64,000 bases of DNA from Dehalococcoidia bacterium (GTDB taxonomy: Bacteria; Chloroflexota; Dehalococcoidia; Lucifugimonadales; UBA3495): assembly GCA_965207275.1 (NCBI GenBank), contig CBDBMH010000001.1, positions 553,244-617,243 on the forward strand. The letters run 5' to 3'. The notes below the pieces were generated by a model. The model was not told the origin of the DNA and did no database searches. It was given only the letters and a program-made list of their open reading frames with translations. The position numbers and the translations under genes are program-made. Shown one piece after another: positions 44,690 through 54,100 of this stretch; position 1 is the first letter of the stretch, and every line of letters starts with the position of its first letter.

Positions 44690-46564
44690 GTGAACGAACG
44701 ACCCTCATGGTACTTCCCACCTAGAGGTTGGGGACTGGATGTAATCCAAGACTCGTCCAGCACACACTTTAGGGACGACCCCATTCCAAAACTCGTCAGG
44801 GAGGTTTTGCAAAACTCCCTGGACGCTAATGACAGGGATTTAGTCGGCCCGGTAGAGGTGGAGATCGCCGAGAGCTACGTTGATGGCCGGACCATCGGTG
44901 CCAAAGAGCTGCAGAAGCACCTGGATTCGTGCTTGGAGAGGGCGAAAGAGGAAGACAGAAAAAACGTCCAAGCGTTTTACGGCAGGGCTCTGCAGGCGCT
45001 CGAGGCCGAAGAAATCCGGTGCCTTCAGGTCGTAGACGCCGGTACACTGGGACTCGTCGGCCGCAGCTGGGACGCTCTCGTGTTCCAAGAAGGATCAGTT
45101 CAGAAATCGGGGGCCGCTCCCGGTGGGTCTAACGGTGTGGGGAAAAACGCGGTGCTCAACGTAAGCGATCTTCGCACCGTGTTTTACAGCACCAGATATA
45201 TTCAACGGCGTGAAGGCAGGGTGGAAAAGCTCCAGGGCAAGGCCACCTTGATGGACCATCGCAACCCCCAGGACAAGAGCGAGAGCCTACAGCACGTTGG
45301 CTTCTATTCGATGCCTCAAGGGGAGCCGGTTTTGACTACGCAGATTCCCGGCTTTTTCCGGCTCGACGACGTGGGGACCGGTGTATTCATCATGGGATTC
45401 AACCCCAGGTCGAATGATTGGACCAGGGAAGTAACCGCTGCGGTCATCGAGAATTTCTTTCACGCCATACATCACAAGAAGCTCGTCGTCAGAGTAAAGA
45501 ACCGCATTGATGACCCCATTCTGATTAACCACGAAACCCTTGACTGGCTCTTCGAGCGTGAAAGCAGCAATAAACCGGCATTTCATTACTACAAAGCTAT
45601 CAGAGACGTGGAACCGGGGGAGACAGACCCTATCGGAAAAATTGGGCCGCTCAACGCATACGTTTTCATCGGTTCCGGTCCTCGCAGGACCGCATATATA
45701 AACCGCAATGGGATGCTAATCACCGACAGCCGTGAGCAGAAAATCAATCCAATTGCTCCGCGTGGCAAGAGCCTGTGGCCGGATTACTGTGTCGTGGTGA
45801 CGCCAGAATCCGACAGGGGAGACGAATGGATAAGGCAAACGGAGAACACAAGCCATGACTCCATGTCGCCCCGACAATGTTTCGAGGGTAGGGAGCTGAC
45901 CGAGGCGGAGCGCTGGTTCAGGCAGGCCAGAAACACAATAAGCAAGATCATTGACGATGCCGCCCAGGTGCAGAAGTACGGCGATACCACCAATCTGAGT
46001 GAGTTGGCGTCCATGTTCCCGGACGAGTTTGACCCCGAAAGCCCAGGGAACAAACTGCTGAAGACGAAGACCACCAACACTAGACTCGTAATACCCCCGT
46101 CCGTTACACCGGACCCGGAGTCTGGTCCAGATCCCGAACCGGGGCCGGGTCCGGGGCCTGACCCTGATCCTCGTCCCAATCCTGGCCCGGGACCTAGGCC
46201 AGACCCGGGACCAAATCCGAGGCCAGGGCCGGTGCCAGGCCCGGGGCCGGGCCAAAGAAGAAGCCGGCGGCCACGTATTGAACGTCCGCGCTTGATTCCC
46301 ACGGACCGGACTTCGGCTACAGTGGCGTTCACCCCAATGAGTGAAACGCCGCAGGAAATAGCCATCCGATTGAGACCGGCCGGAGGCGAGTGGGGCCAAG
46401 AAAATCCAATCGAGGTCGTGAGTGCTAAGGTCGTAAGCCCGGCGGGCCAAGAAGCCAAAATTCAAGACGGGTCGGTTCAATTGACTCCGCAATCCAACGA
46501 GCGAGTGGTGATCGAGATAGAGACCAGCGATGCGCTTGACGACTTTGCATTCAGGATAGGGTAA
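44690..46564 (+). CDS. GHKL/Bergerat-fold ATPase (Hsp90/sacsin/MORC-like), island gene 3 (624 aa)
   Basis: N-box REVLQNSLDA, DxGxG VVDAGTLGL, G-loop GGSNGVGKNA. Pro/Gly/Asp-rich linker (DNA 46108-46255), then a ~100-aa C-terminal domain. GTG start with GGGAG SD. Confidence 0.75.
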   Translation: MNERPSWYFPPRGWGLDVIQDSSSTHFRDDPIPKLVREVLQNSLDANDRDLVGPVEVEIAESYVDGRTIGAKELQKHLDSCLERAKEEDRKNVQAFYGRALQALEAEEIRCLQVVDAGTLGLVGRSWDALVFQEGSVQKSGAAPGGSNGVGKNAVLNVSDLRTVFYSTRYIQRREGRVEKLQGKATLMDHRNPQDKSESLQHVGFYSMPQGEPVLTTQIPGFFRLDDVGTGVFIMGFNPRSNDWTREVTAAVIENFFHAIHHKKLVVRVKNRIDDPILINHETLDWLFERESSNKPAFHYYKAIRDVEPGETDPIGKIGPLNAYVFIGSGPRRTAYINRNGMLITDSREQKINPIAPRGKSLWPDYCVVVTPESDRGDEWIRQTENTSHDSMSPRQCFEGRELTEAERWFRQARNTISKIIDDAAQVQKYGDTTNLSELASMFPDEFDPESPGNKLLKTKTTNTRLVIPPSVTPDPESGPDPEPGPGPGPDPDPRPNPGPGPRPDPGPNPRPGPVPGPGPGQRRSRRPRIERPRLIPTDRTSATVAFTPMSETPQEIAIRLRPAGGEWGQENPIEVVSAKVVSPAGQEAKIQDGSVQLTPQSNERVVIEIETSDALDDFAFRIG

Positions 46565-46569
46565 CGGCA

Positions 46570-47421
46570 ATGACCACCTGGAACGACAGATTGCTCCCTC
46601 ACCCTTTGTTGGCGCCTTGGACGGACGACTACCCGGAGGCGGCCTTTACGGCGCAAGTTCCGCACGCCGTGATTAACAATGGCAAGCAAATCAACTTGAC
46701 CATCAAGTATCACCTGACCAGCCAGTCGCTTCGGGACTTGATCTCAGAAGGCAAAGCCCACTACGTAAGCCTGGTGGCGTGCGCAAAGACCTTTAGCCGC
46801 AATTCCTATCCCTGCGAACACGAGGACGACCTCTGTATCCTGGACGCCCAGGACTTCTCTGAGGAACTCAAGCTCACTCCCTATGTGGTAGCCAAGCAGC
46901 CCATAGACGGATTCACGTCCTCCGAACTCGTGGACGAAATCACCCGTTTCAAGCCAGATGGGTTCCACATTCCAACAGGGTCGATACTGGCCGTCGGAAA
47001 TTCTACTGAGGTGGAGTTGGAAGAAGGGGGTAGTCCCTTTGCGGTTATCGACCTGGTTGCTGACGCCAAAGTCGAAAGCGGCACATTCAAGGTCGATCTT
47101 GATGATAACCGAATAAAAGTCTACATGGCTCCGGGGGACAAAGACCAGATCGAGGCGCTGCGTCAACACGGAGAACAAAGCTGGGAAATGGCAGTGTTGT
47201 TCCCTTCCATCTATCTCCATGCGATTTCCGAGGCGTTGCGGAACCTGGCCTACTATCCCGAAAACCGCTGGGCGCGAACCATGCAGAGGGCGCTTGAACG
47301 CCACAGCATAGTAGTTGACGAAGACGAACTGAAAGATAATGCACTTACCCACGCGCAGACCCTCATGGAGCGGCCTGTGGGGACGTTGATGAAAGCCCTC
47401 AGCCGCGAGGAGGAGGGTTAA
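46570..47421 (+). CDS. Hypothetical protein, middle gene of the GHKL/PP-loop operon (283 aa)
   Basis: 6-nt gap from the upstream gene and a TAATG overlap with the downstream gene. No motif recognised. Confidence 0.6.
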   Translation: MTTWNDRLLPHPLLAPWTDDYPEAAFTAQVPHAVINNGKQINLTIKYHLTSQSLRDLISEGKAHYVSLVACAKTFSRNSYPCEHEDDLCILDAQDFSEELKLTPYVVAKQPIDGFTSSELVDEITRFKPDGFHIPTGSILAVGNSTEVELEEGGSPFAVIDLVADAKVESGTFKVDLDDNRIKVYMAPGDKDQIEALRQHGEQSWEMAVLFPSIYLHAISEALRNLAYYPENRWARTMQRALERHSIVVDEDELKDNALTHAQTLMERPVGTLMKALSREEEG

Positions 47422-49043
47422 TGGAGATGGCTGCGCAGGAATTCCAGATTTTAAGGCTGACGCAAGAGGCATACGACCAACTCTGGTTGTTCGCTAGGGA
47501 GAATCCAAAAGCCTATCTCGACCCTGACACAGACTTCAATCGGGTCCTGCTTGACCGCGGCGTTACCGACTATGCGGAGGATACAGGGATTGTTGCTGAC
47601 AGCCCCATAAGTCTCACGCCAGTGGAGAGGGTCCCAGCGAATCGGGCAGACCGGCAGGCCTTGGACTTCCACCGTTCGATGCCAGATTTGACTCCCAGCG
47701 CCGCTACCGACAGCCTGATGTGGACCTGGATGACCCATTTCAGGTTGCACTCGTACAGTATCAAGCGCTGGCGCTTGCAGGGGGACCTGACCAATCACAT
47801 CAGGAACCACTGGTTCGTGGGAAACGAGTCGGACGCCCTACGTCAAAACAACACCGCGTCGCGTACCTGGTGGATTGCCAACACGGCGATCAAGGCAGCA
47901 AAGGCTTCGGGAGGCGCCTTCACCGAAGAGGAGGCGATAAATCATTTCGCCAATAACCCCCGCCACTACCACAACATGATGGACTCGAACTTCAGCAGAC
48001 ATCCGGTCGTATGCGCCGAAATGTTGCTGGCGCTCATGACTGAGGCTAGAGGAATCTCTGGGGTGGGTTCCGACCAAATCTGGAAACGGATGAATTTAGC
48101 CGCCGGAACCCTGCTACTGGACGCGATGCCCAGGGAGCAGCTAAGGGAGCGCATCAACCACCACATCGACGAAATAATGTCGGTCTCTGACTTCGTGACA
48201 GACCGTACCAAGCTGCGGAATCGTGTTCCTTGTCGTGTACTCAGCCTGGGGGCAGGGGTTCAATCATCCTGTCTGGCCCTGCTTGCTGAACGAGGGGAAT
48301 ATGGCCTTCCCAAGCCCGACTTTGCCATCTTCGCCGATACAGGCTGGGAACCTCAGGCCGTTTACGACCACCTAGATTGGCTCAAATCGCAGCTCTCATT
48401 TGAAGTCATTCGTGTCAACAATGGGAACATTCGGGAAAACATACTACAAGGCCGGATGCCCGACGGGTCGAGGTTTCTAGGAATTCCCGCGTTCCTGCGC
48501 AATACTGACGGAAGCACCGGTATCCTGCACCGACAATGCACGACCCACTATAAGACAAAGCCAATCCACGATTACCTCAGAGACAGGCTAGGACTAAAGC
48601 CCGGCAGGAGGGCCCCTTCCGACGTCCAAGTGGAAATGTGGCTTGGAATAAGCACCGACGAAGCGATACGACAGAAGCCCGACCAGGAGGAATGGGTCAC
48701 AAAGCGGTACCCGCTCATCGACTTGGGGTTTAGCCGAGGTCAGTTGTTGAATTGGTTCAGAGAAAATTACCCTGGCCACCATTTACCTAGCAGTTCCTGT
48801 GTCGGATGTCCGTACCACAGTGACTCGGTCTGGAAGCAGTTGAAGGAAAGCGACCCCAAATCCTTCCAGGATGCTGTCTTCATCGACCAGGCGCTACGCA
48901 ATGTCCCTATTGTAAAAGACACGGTCATAGGAGAGGCATATCTCCATCGATCAAGGACCCCGCTGTTGGAAGTGGATCTTGAGGAGATACCCAGTTATGA
49001 AGACTTAATGCTGGATGAATGCGAAGGGCTTTGCGGGATTTAG
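47421..49043 (+). CDS. PAPS-reductase-like PP-loop enzyme with a ~270-aa N-terminal helical extension, island gene 5 (540 aa)
   Basis: PP-loop variant RVLSLGAGVQSSCLALL, then FADTGWEPQAVYDH. C-terminal Cys pair SSCVGCPYHS. I do not recognise the N-terminal half. Confidence 0.75.
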   Translation: MEMAAQEFQILRLTQEAYDQLWLFARENPKAYLDPDTDFNRVLLDRGVTDYAEDTGIVADSPISLTPVERVPANRADRQALDFHRSMPDLTPSAATDSLMWTWMTHFRLHSYSIKRWRLQGDLTNHIRNHWFVGNESDALRQNNTASRTWWIANTAIKAAKASGGAFTEEEAINHFANNPRHYHNMMDSNFSRHPVVCAEMLLALMTEARGISGVGSDQIWKRMNLAAGTLLLDAMPREQLRERINHHIDEIMSVSDFVTDRTKLRNRVPCRVLSLGAGVQSSCLALLAERGEYGLPKPDFAIFADTGWEPQAVYDHLDWLKSQLSFEVIRVNNGNIRENILQGRMPDGSRFLGIPAFLRNTDGSTGILHRQCTTHYKTKPIHDYLRDRLGLKPGRRAPSDVQVEMWLGISTDEAIRQKPDQEEWVTKRYPLIDLGFSRGQLLNWFRENYPGHHLPSSSCVGCPYHSDSVWKQLKESDPKSFQDAVFIDQALRNVPIVKDTVIGEAYLHRSRTPLLEVDLEEIPSYEDLMLDECEGLCGI

Positions 49044-49084
49044 AAACTGCACATGTTCCAAATTTGTAGCTGGCAGCACAGGCG

Positions 49085-49591
49085 ATGAGCACCGACCGAG
49101 AATTCTTCGACGACATCATTTCCATTCTGCAAAAGCATAGGTTGAGGTTCGTTCATTCTCCCCAGATGTGGCAGCAGTGCAATCTGCCGGTCACCCTGGA
49201 ATGGAATTCAGTGGAATTTTCGGAGAATAACGGTGACAGCGTTCCTTCGGATAAGTTTGGAGTCTACGCCTTTATGTTGGAGCCAAATTTCGCCGGTCCG
49301 CCTAAATCCGCATATCTGCTTTATATAGGAAAAACAGGCCGGCATTTTCAGGTGAGATACAAGGAGTACCTCTACGAAGAAGATCAAGGATTTGCCCGTC
49401 CCCCGATTTCCAGAATGCTGGAAAGGTGGAGCGGACACATTTCATTTCACTATGCTCCGATTGAGGATCCGGGTTTGCTTCGTCGAACGGAAGAGGCTCT
49501 CTTAAATGCCTGTATCCCTCCATACAATCGACAGTTCACGGGAAGAGTCGGAAGGGCAATTATGGCCTTTCGGCAGGATAGCGGAGGTTAA
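49085..49591 (+). CDS. Stand-alone GIY-YIG nuclease-like protein, island gene 6 (168 aa)
   Basis: GIY element FGVYAF. YIG element YLLYIGKTGRHFQVRYKEY with the conserved Arg. Distal EEALLNACIPPYN (Glu/Asn). Confidence 0.65.
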   Translation: MSTDREFFDDIISILQKHRLRFVHSPQMWQQCNLPVTLEWNSVEFSENNGDSVPSDKFGVYAFMLEPNFAGPPKSAYLLYIGKTGRHFQVRYKEYLYEEDQGFARPPISRMLERWSGHISFHYAPIEDPGLLRRTEEALLNACIPPYNRQFTGRVGRAIMAFRQDSGG

Positions 49592-49597
49592 TCCGAC

Positions 49598-50917
49598 ATG
49601 ACAACTTCATCGTCAACAAAACTCTTGCCCGCAATCCAAGGAAAGATAGGAGACTGGTACTACTATATGACCACGTTGCCTCTTTCTGAAGTTGCAGAAA
49701 GAGTCCAGCCAGCCCGTGAGTTAGTAACTCCGAAGGACATGAACGAGTGGATTCAACGAGAGGTAATTCCAACCCACATCCGACAGATAGCGGATTACCT
49801 CATGCACCGAGAACAGCATTTCTTCCCTGCCATCGTGGTTGGGGTTTACCTTGGAGAGCCAACTTGGCATGAAATTAACATAGAGGAAAATGCCCTCTTC
49901 GAGACTCCAGCCCTCGACCCCAGGTCGAGGTCCACCCTTGGCTTACTGGAACTGGATGGTACGGAGCGGTTGTACGCAATAGATGGTCAGCACCGCGTAG
50001 CGGGAATAAAGAAGGCGCTTGCCCGTTTAACCAAAGCGAATGATACTGAAGGCTATAACCGTCTGGCCAGTGAAGATCTGGCGGTAGTTTTTGTTTCCGC
50101 AGATATCGATAGGGAAGGCCAACGTGAACGAGTGCGCAGGCTATTTACTACTCTTAACAAGCAAGCGAAAAGGGTAACCGAGCCTGAAATCGTCGCCCTC
50201 GATGAGGACGACCCCGCTGCGATAGTTACTCGTTGGATCGCGATTCGCTATTCTGGATTGAAGGCGTTCAACCAAAACGGGAGTGAATCTGACCACAATC
50301 TCATTCAGTTGGGAAGGCAACACGAGATACGGCCGAACAATCGACGGAGCGTCACGACCATTGTAACTCTGTACCGCATGATAAAGAATGCGTTCCAGTT
50401 GGAACTCAAGGAAATCGCAGCAGAAAATAATCACGGTCGGCCTGCCGAAGAAACGCTAGAGAACCTCTACTCCAAGGCCGAGGCGCTATGGGATATGCTA
50501 AGGCTCTACGATCCGGCACTAGGCTATGTGTTGGCGTCCGACCCAAGTGATGAGCGCGCCGCAGCGTACCGCACCCTAGAAGGGGGACACATGCTGTTCC
50601 GTCCTGTAGGTTTGCAAGCGTTTTCTGGGGCTTTGGGGGTACTACGCGTGAGGGGGGTAGATACGGACTTAGCGGTAAGAAGCCTGTGCCGCCTACCGAC
50701 GGAGATCTCAATACCGCCTTGGGAGCACGTAGTTTGGAATCCCAGCACCCGCGGCATGATTACAGCGAACAGGACTCTGGCCGAAGCGCTATACCTTCAC
50801 ATGGTGGGGGAACGACCTCGGACGCTGAGGTATCCGATAGGAACTAAATACCGGGAGGCACTCGGCATACGAAACGGAGACCCATTGCAACAGGTAACGG
50901 TATTTGGGCTGGAGTAG
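49598..50917 (+). CDS. DGQHR-domain protein (DndB/DpdB-like ParB-fold), island gene 7 (439 aa)
   Basis: Exact motif LYAIDGQHRVAGI. N-terminal GKIGDWYYYMTTLPLSEVA...REV..THIRQIADYL resembles DndB-type proteins. Confidence 0.8.
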   Translation: MTTSSSTKLLPAIQGKIGDWYYYMTTLPLSEVAERVQPARELVTPKDMNEWIQREVIPTHIRQIADYLMHREQHFFPAIVVGVYLGEPTWHEINIEENALFETPALDPRSRSTLGLLELDGTERLYAIDGQHRVAGIKKALARLTKANDTEGYNRLASEDLAVVFVSADIDREGQRERVRRLFTTLNKQAKRVTEPEIVALDEDDPAAIVTRWIAIRYSGLKAFNQNGSESDHNLIQLGRQHEIRPNNRRSVTTIVTLYRMIKNAFQLELKEIAAENNHGRPAEETLENLYSKAEALWDMLRLYDPALGYVLASDPSDERAAAYRTLEGGHMLFRPVGLQAFSGALGVLRVRGVDTDLAVRSLCRLPTEISIPPWEHVVWNPSTRGMITANRTLAEALYLHMVGERPRTLRYPIGTKYREALGIRNGDPLQQVTVFGLE

Positions 50918-51147
50918 CCCTTCCTAGAACGGTTAACGTGCTAGTCCGTGTCTAGGTACACGTTGCGGAGGGTCTGTTAAACGGTCGTGGCCGTAAACGT
51001 GAGGTATCAAGGATTAGTCAGCATTTCTACTGGCTGCGCAGAGCCATAGTCCATGCTTTGACGCACCTCCTTCACAGGATGATCGCTCATATTCAGGGAT
51101 TGTCCTGATGACCCGAGGTATATCCCAGTTCCGAGGAGGCCCCGATA

Positions 51148-54100
51148 ATGGCGGGAACAGAAACCTTGAAAGATTTGTCGCGTGTTCAATCCTCCGTTGA
51201 TCGACTGGTCAATGCGTCAGAGGACCAACTGCCATCGGCCTTTGAGGAATTATCCCGGTCGATTCTTGAACACTATGGCGTAACTTACGACTCGACGGCC
51301 ACCAGTAAATTGTTCTCTCGTGATTTGCCTTTACCGGTTCAGAGCTTTGCGGCTACTTGGCTGGTTCGCTGCCTGACCAGGTCTTCCTCGGCACTCAGAT
51401 TTGGACATACTGAGCGACTAGCAGCCGACCTGTTCGACCAAATCTTCCAACACAATGTTTACCAGCGCGCCAACATTGACCATCGACAGCAGACTTTTGA
51501 GAAGTTACGAGCTTTAGAAGGGCATTTGCATTCGATATTGATTGATGCCGAAGGGCTGGTGTCAGTCTCTCCAAATCTAGGTCAGCTTAACTCCTTCCTT
51601 CAAAGACTATTGGCCTTCTTAAATCATCGTGGGAATCAACCTTTTCTAACCCACCTTTTGCCCGCTCCGTTGCTTCATCAGTCCCGAATCGCCAATTTGT
51701 TTCAAGTTGTAGCCGACTACGCTGACAATCTAGACGGTGATCCCATTCATAAGCGCGATGCTGCAGTGGAAGCTTGTGAGGAATTCGAAAGGGAGGCGCA
51801 GGAATTCGGCACTATAGATGCCGAGCGCATTCTAGGTGCCCTAGCCCGGCAGCTCAAGTCGGCTGTAGAGAGCCATTTCGAATCTTCGGAATCGGGCAAG
51901 AGCCCGACCCTTGCGTTCGGCCCCATTAGCAAGAAATATCCTTTGGAAAGGGTTAGTGAGACTGTTTCCTTCAGAATCAAAGTGGACAATCACGGCACCG
52001 GTCCGGCAAGGGACTTGAGGCTTGATGGAGTCGCAGTCGACGAGTGTCTTCTTATTCAGGCTTCCTCCATTGGTCTTGGAACCCTACAGCCCGGGGATTC
52101 CTTGGTCTTCGACATCGTGGCAAGTGTGGTTGCACCTTCCTCAGGGGCAACAATGGTGGCAGAATTTTCCTGGAGTTCGCCCGGGGGGAGGGTAGGGGAA
52201 ACCCACACTTTCGAAGTTCCTGCGCAACGAGGGGATGTTAATTGGGTTTCAGTAGAGCTCACTGAGCCTTATTCGCTGGAGCCAGTAGCCACAGAGGACG
52301 ATCTTATTGGCCGGAAGGCAGAGCTGACCCGCTTGCTTCGACTGGCCAACAGCCGGACAGTCGGGTCTGGGTTCATCTTTGGTCAAAAGAGAGTAGGCAA
52401 GACATCACTGGCTAACGCTGTTGAAGAGAGCCTTGAATCGAGTTCTGACATCAAATGGGTCGTGATAAACAAGGGTAGCGGGGATTACGTAGGAGACGAT
52501 GCTCATAGCAGTCTGCGAACGATGGGAGAAGTCCTGGCAGAAGCTATCATAGACCGAGTACCACATCTGAATGACACACCTATCCCGGACTTTACCAGTG
52601 GGCTCTCTCCTCTGTCTCGTTTGGTAGATCAAGCTCTCGTCCAAGGAGACCTGCGAATTCTATTCATTTTGGATGAATTCGATGAGTTGCCACCCGAGCT
52701 GTTCAGACGGACTGATCTGGCGACGGCTCTGTTTCAGCCACTGCGCCAGATAAGCAACAAACGAGGTTGTGGGTTCCTCTTGGTAGGGGGAGAAAGTATG
52801 CAGCAAATTGTCAATTCTCAAGGGGATCGCCTCAACAAATTCACTCCCATTGAACTAGACTACTTCACCAGATCAAACAACTGGAATGATTTCGTCGAGC
52901 TCATTAGGAGGCCAGTACAGGATTGGTTGACCATAAGCGATGGCGCTCTTGAGGAACTTTTCACTTCCAGTGCAGGGAATCCGTATTTCGCCAAGCTGTT
53001 GGCACGCCAACTGTTTGCAGATATGGTCGACAATCGCTATAGCGATGCGAGTGAAGTGGATATGGGTACTGCGATAGACCATACACTGTCCACAATTGGA
53101 GCCAACTCTTTCGCTCACTTCTGGACTGACGGTTTAGCCCAATCCCCTAACAACGCGGAAGAGATACGCATAACCAGGCGATCAGTCTTGATTGCAGCTG
53201 GCCGGGCCTTTCGGAAAAACCCTTTTGTCAACTATGAAGGCATTTGGGAGGAATTCAAGCACGCAGCCGGGTTGCCGGTAGAGGAACAGCGTTTTCGGAT
53301 TACATTGCAAGACTTCCTTCGTCGGAAGATATTTGTGGAGGATGAAGCTGGCGGCGTTAGTCCCAAGATTCCGCTATTTCGGTCTTGGCTGATGGACAAA
53401 GGGGTTAGAGACCTATTGGAGGATTCTCAAGAGCTAGATTACTTGAGGTCCAGGCTGCAAGAAGAAGAGGAAGTGCGGGTAACGGACGGTGAAATCTTGT
53501 GTCTCTCCGAGCGTCTGGAGAATTTCCGCTATCGCGGCCGCGCTATTGAGACGACGGCGATTAGGAGATGGCTCGGGCAATTCGACGGCCCCAGGGAACA
53601 GCGGTTGATGTTCCGGTTGGCATCGGCCGTGAGGTGTTACGACGAAGATGCCGTTCGGACCAAAATGCGCGAGGCCTTCGGTATCGTAATGCGGAATATG
53701 CGTACCGTAATCGAGCCAAGGGCAAGGGTACGCAATGACATCCTAGTTAGCCCTCTGGATGATTCACCGGCTAAGTCGGGATCGACCTATTGCCGACTGT
53801 TCGTCAGTGAGAACAGATTATCGACTAATTCAGTTCATACTCTGGAATCGCTGGAGCGAAGGTTTCCAACTAATAATGAGGTTCAACGCCTTGTGCTCAT
53901 TGATGATTTCTCTGGTACAGGGGCGACTTTGGCTGGCGGACTGAAACGGCATTCAGACCTTCTTCGCCGCCTGAACTCGGAGGGCGTCCGTATAATTGTC
54001 ATAGCCTTGGTAGGATTTTCGGAAGCCCGCGAACACATCGAGCACTTTGTCGAGCAGGCAGGAATCGAGGCTGATGTCTATTTCTGCGACGAGTTGGGCC

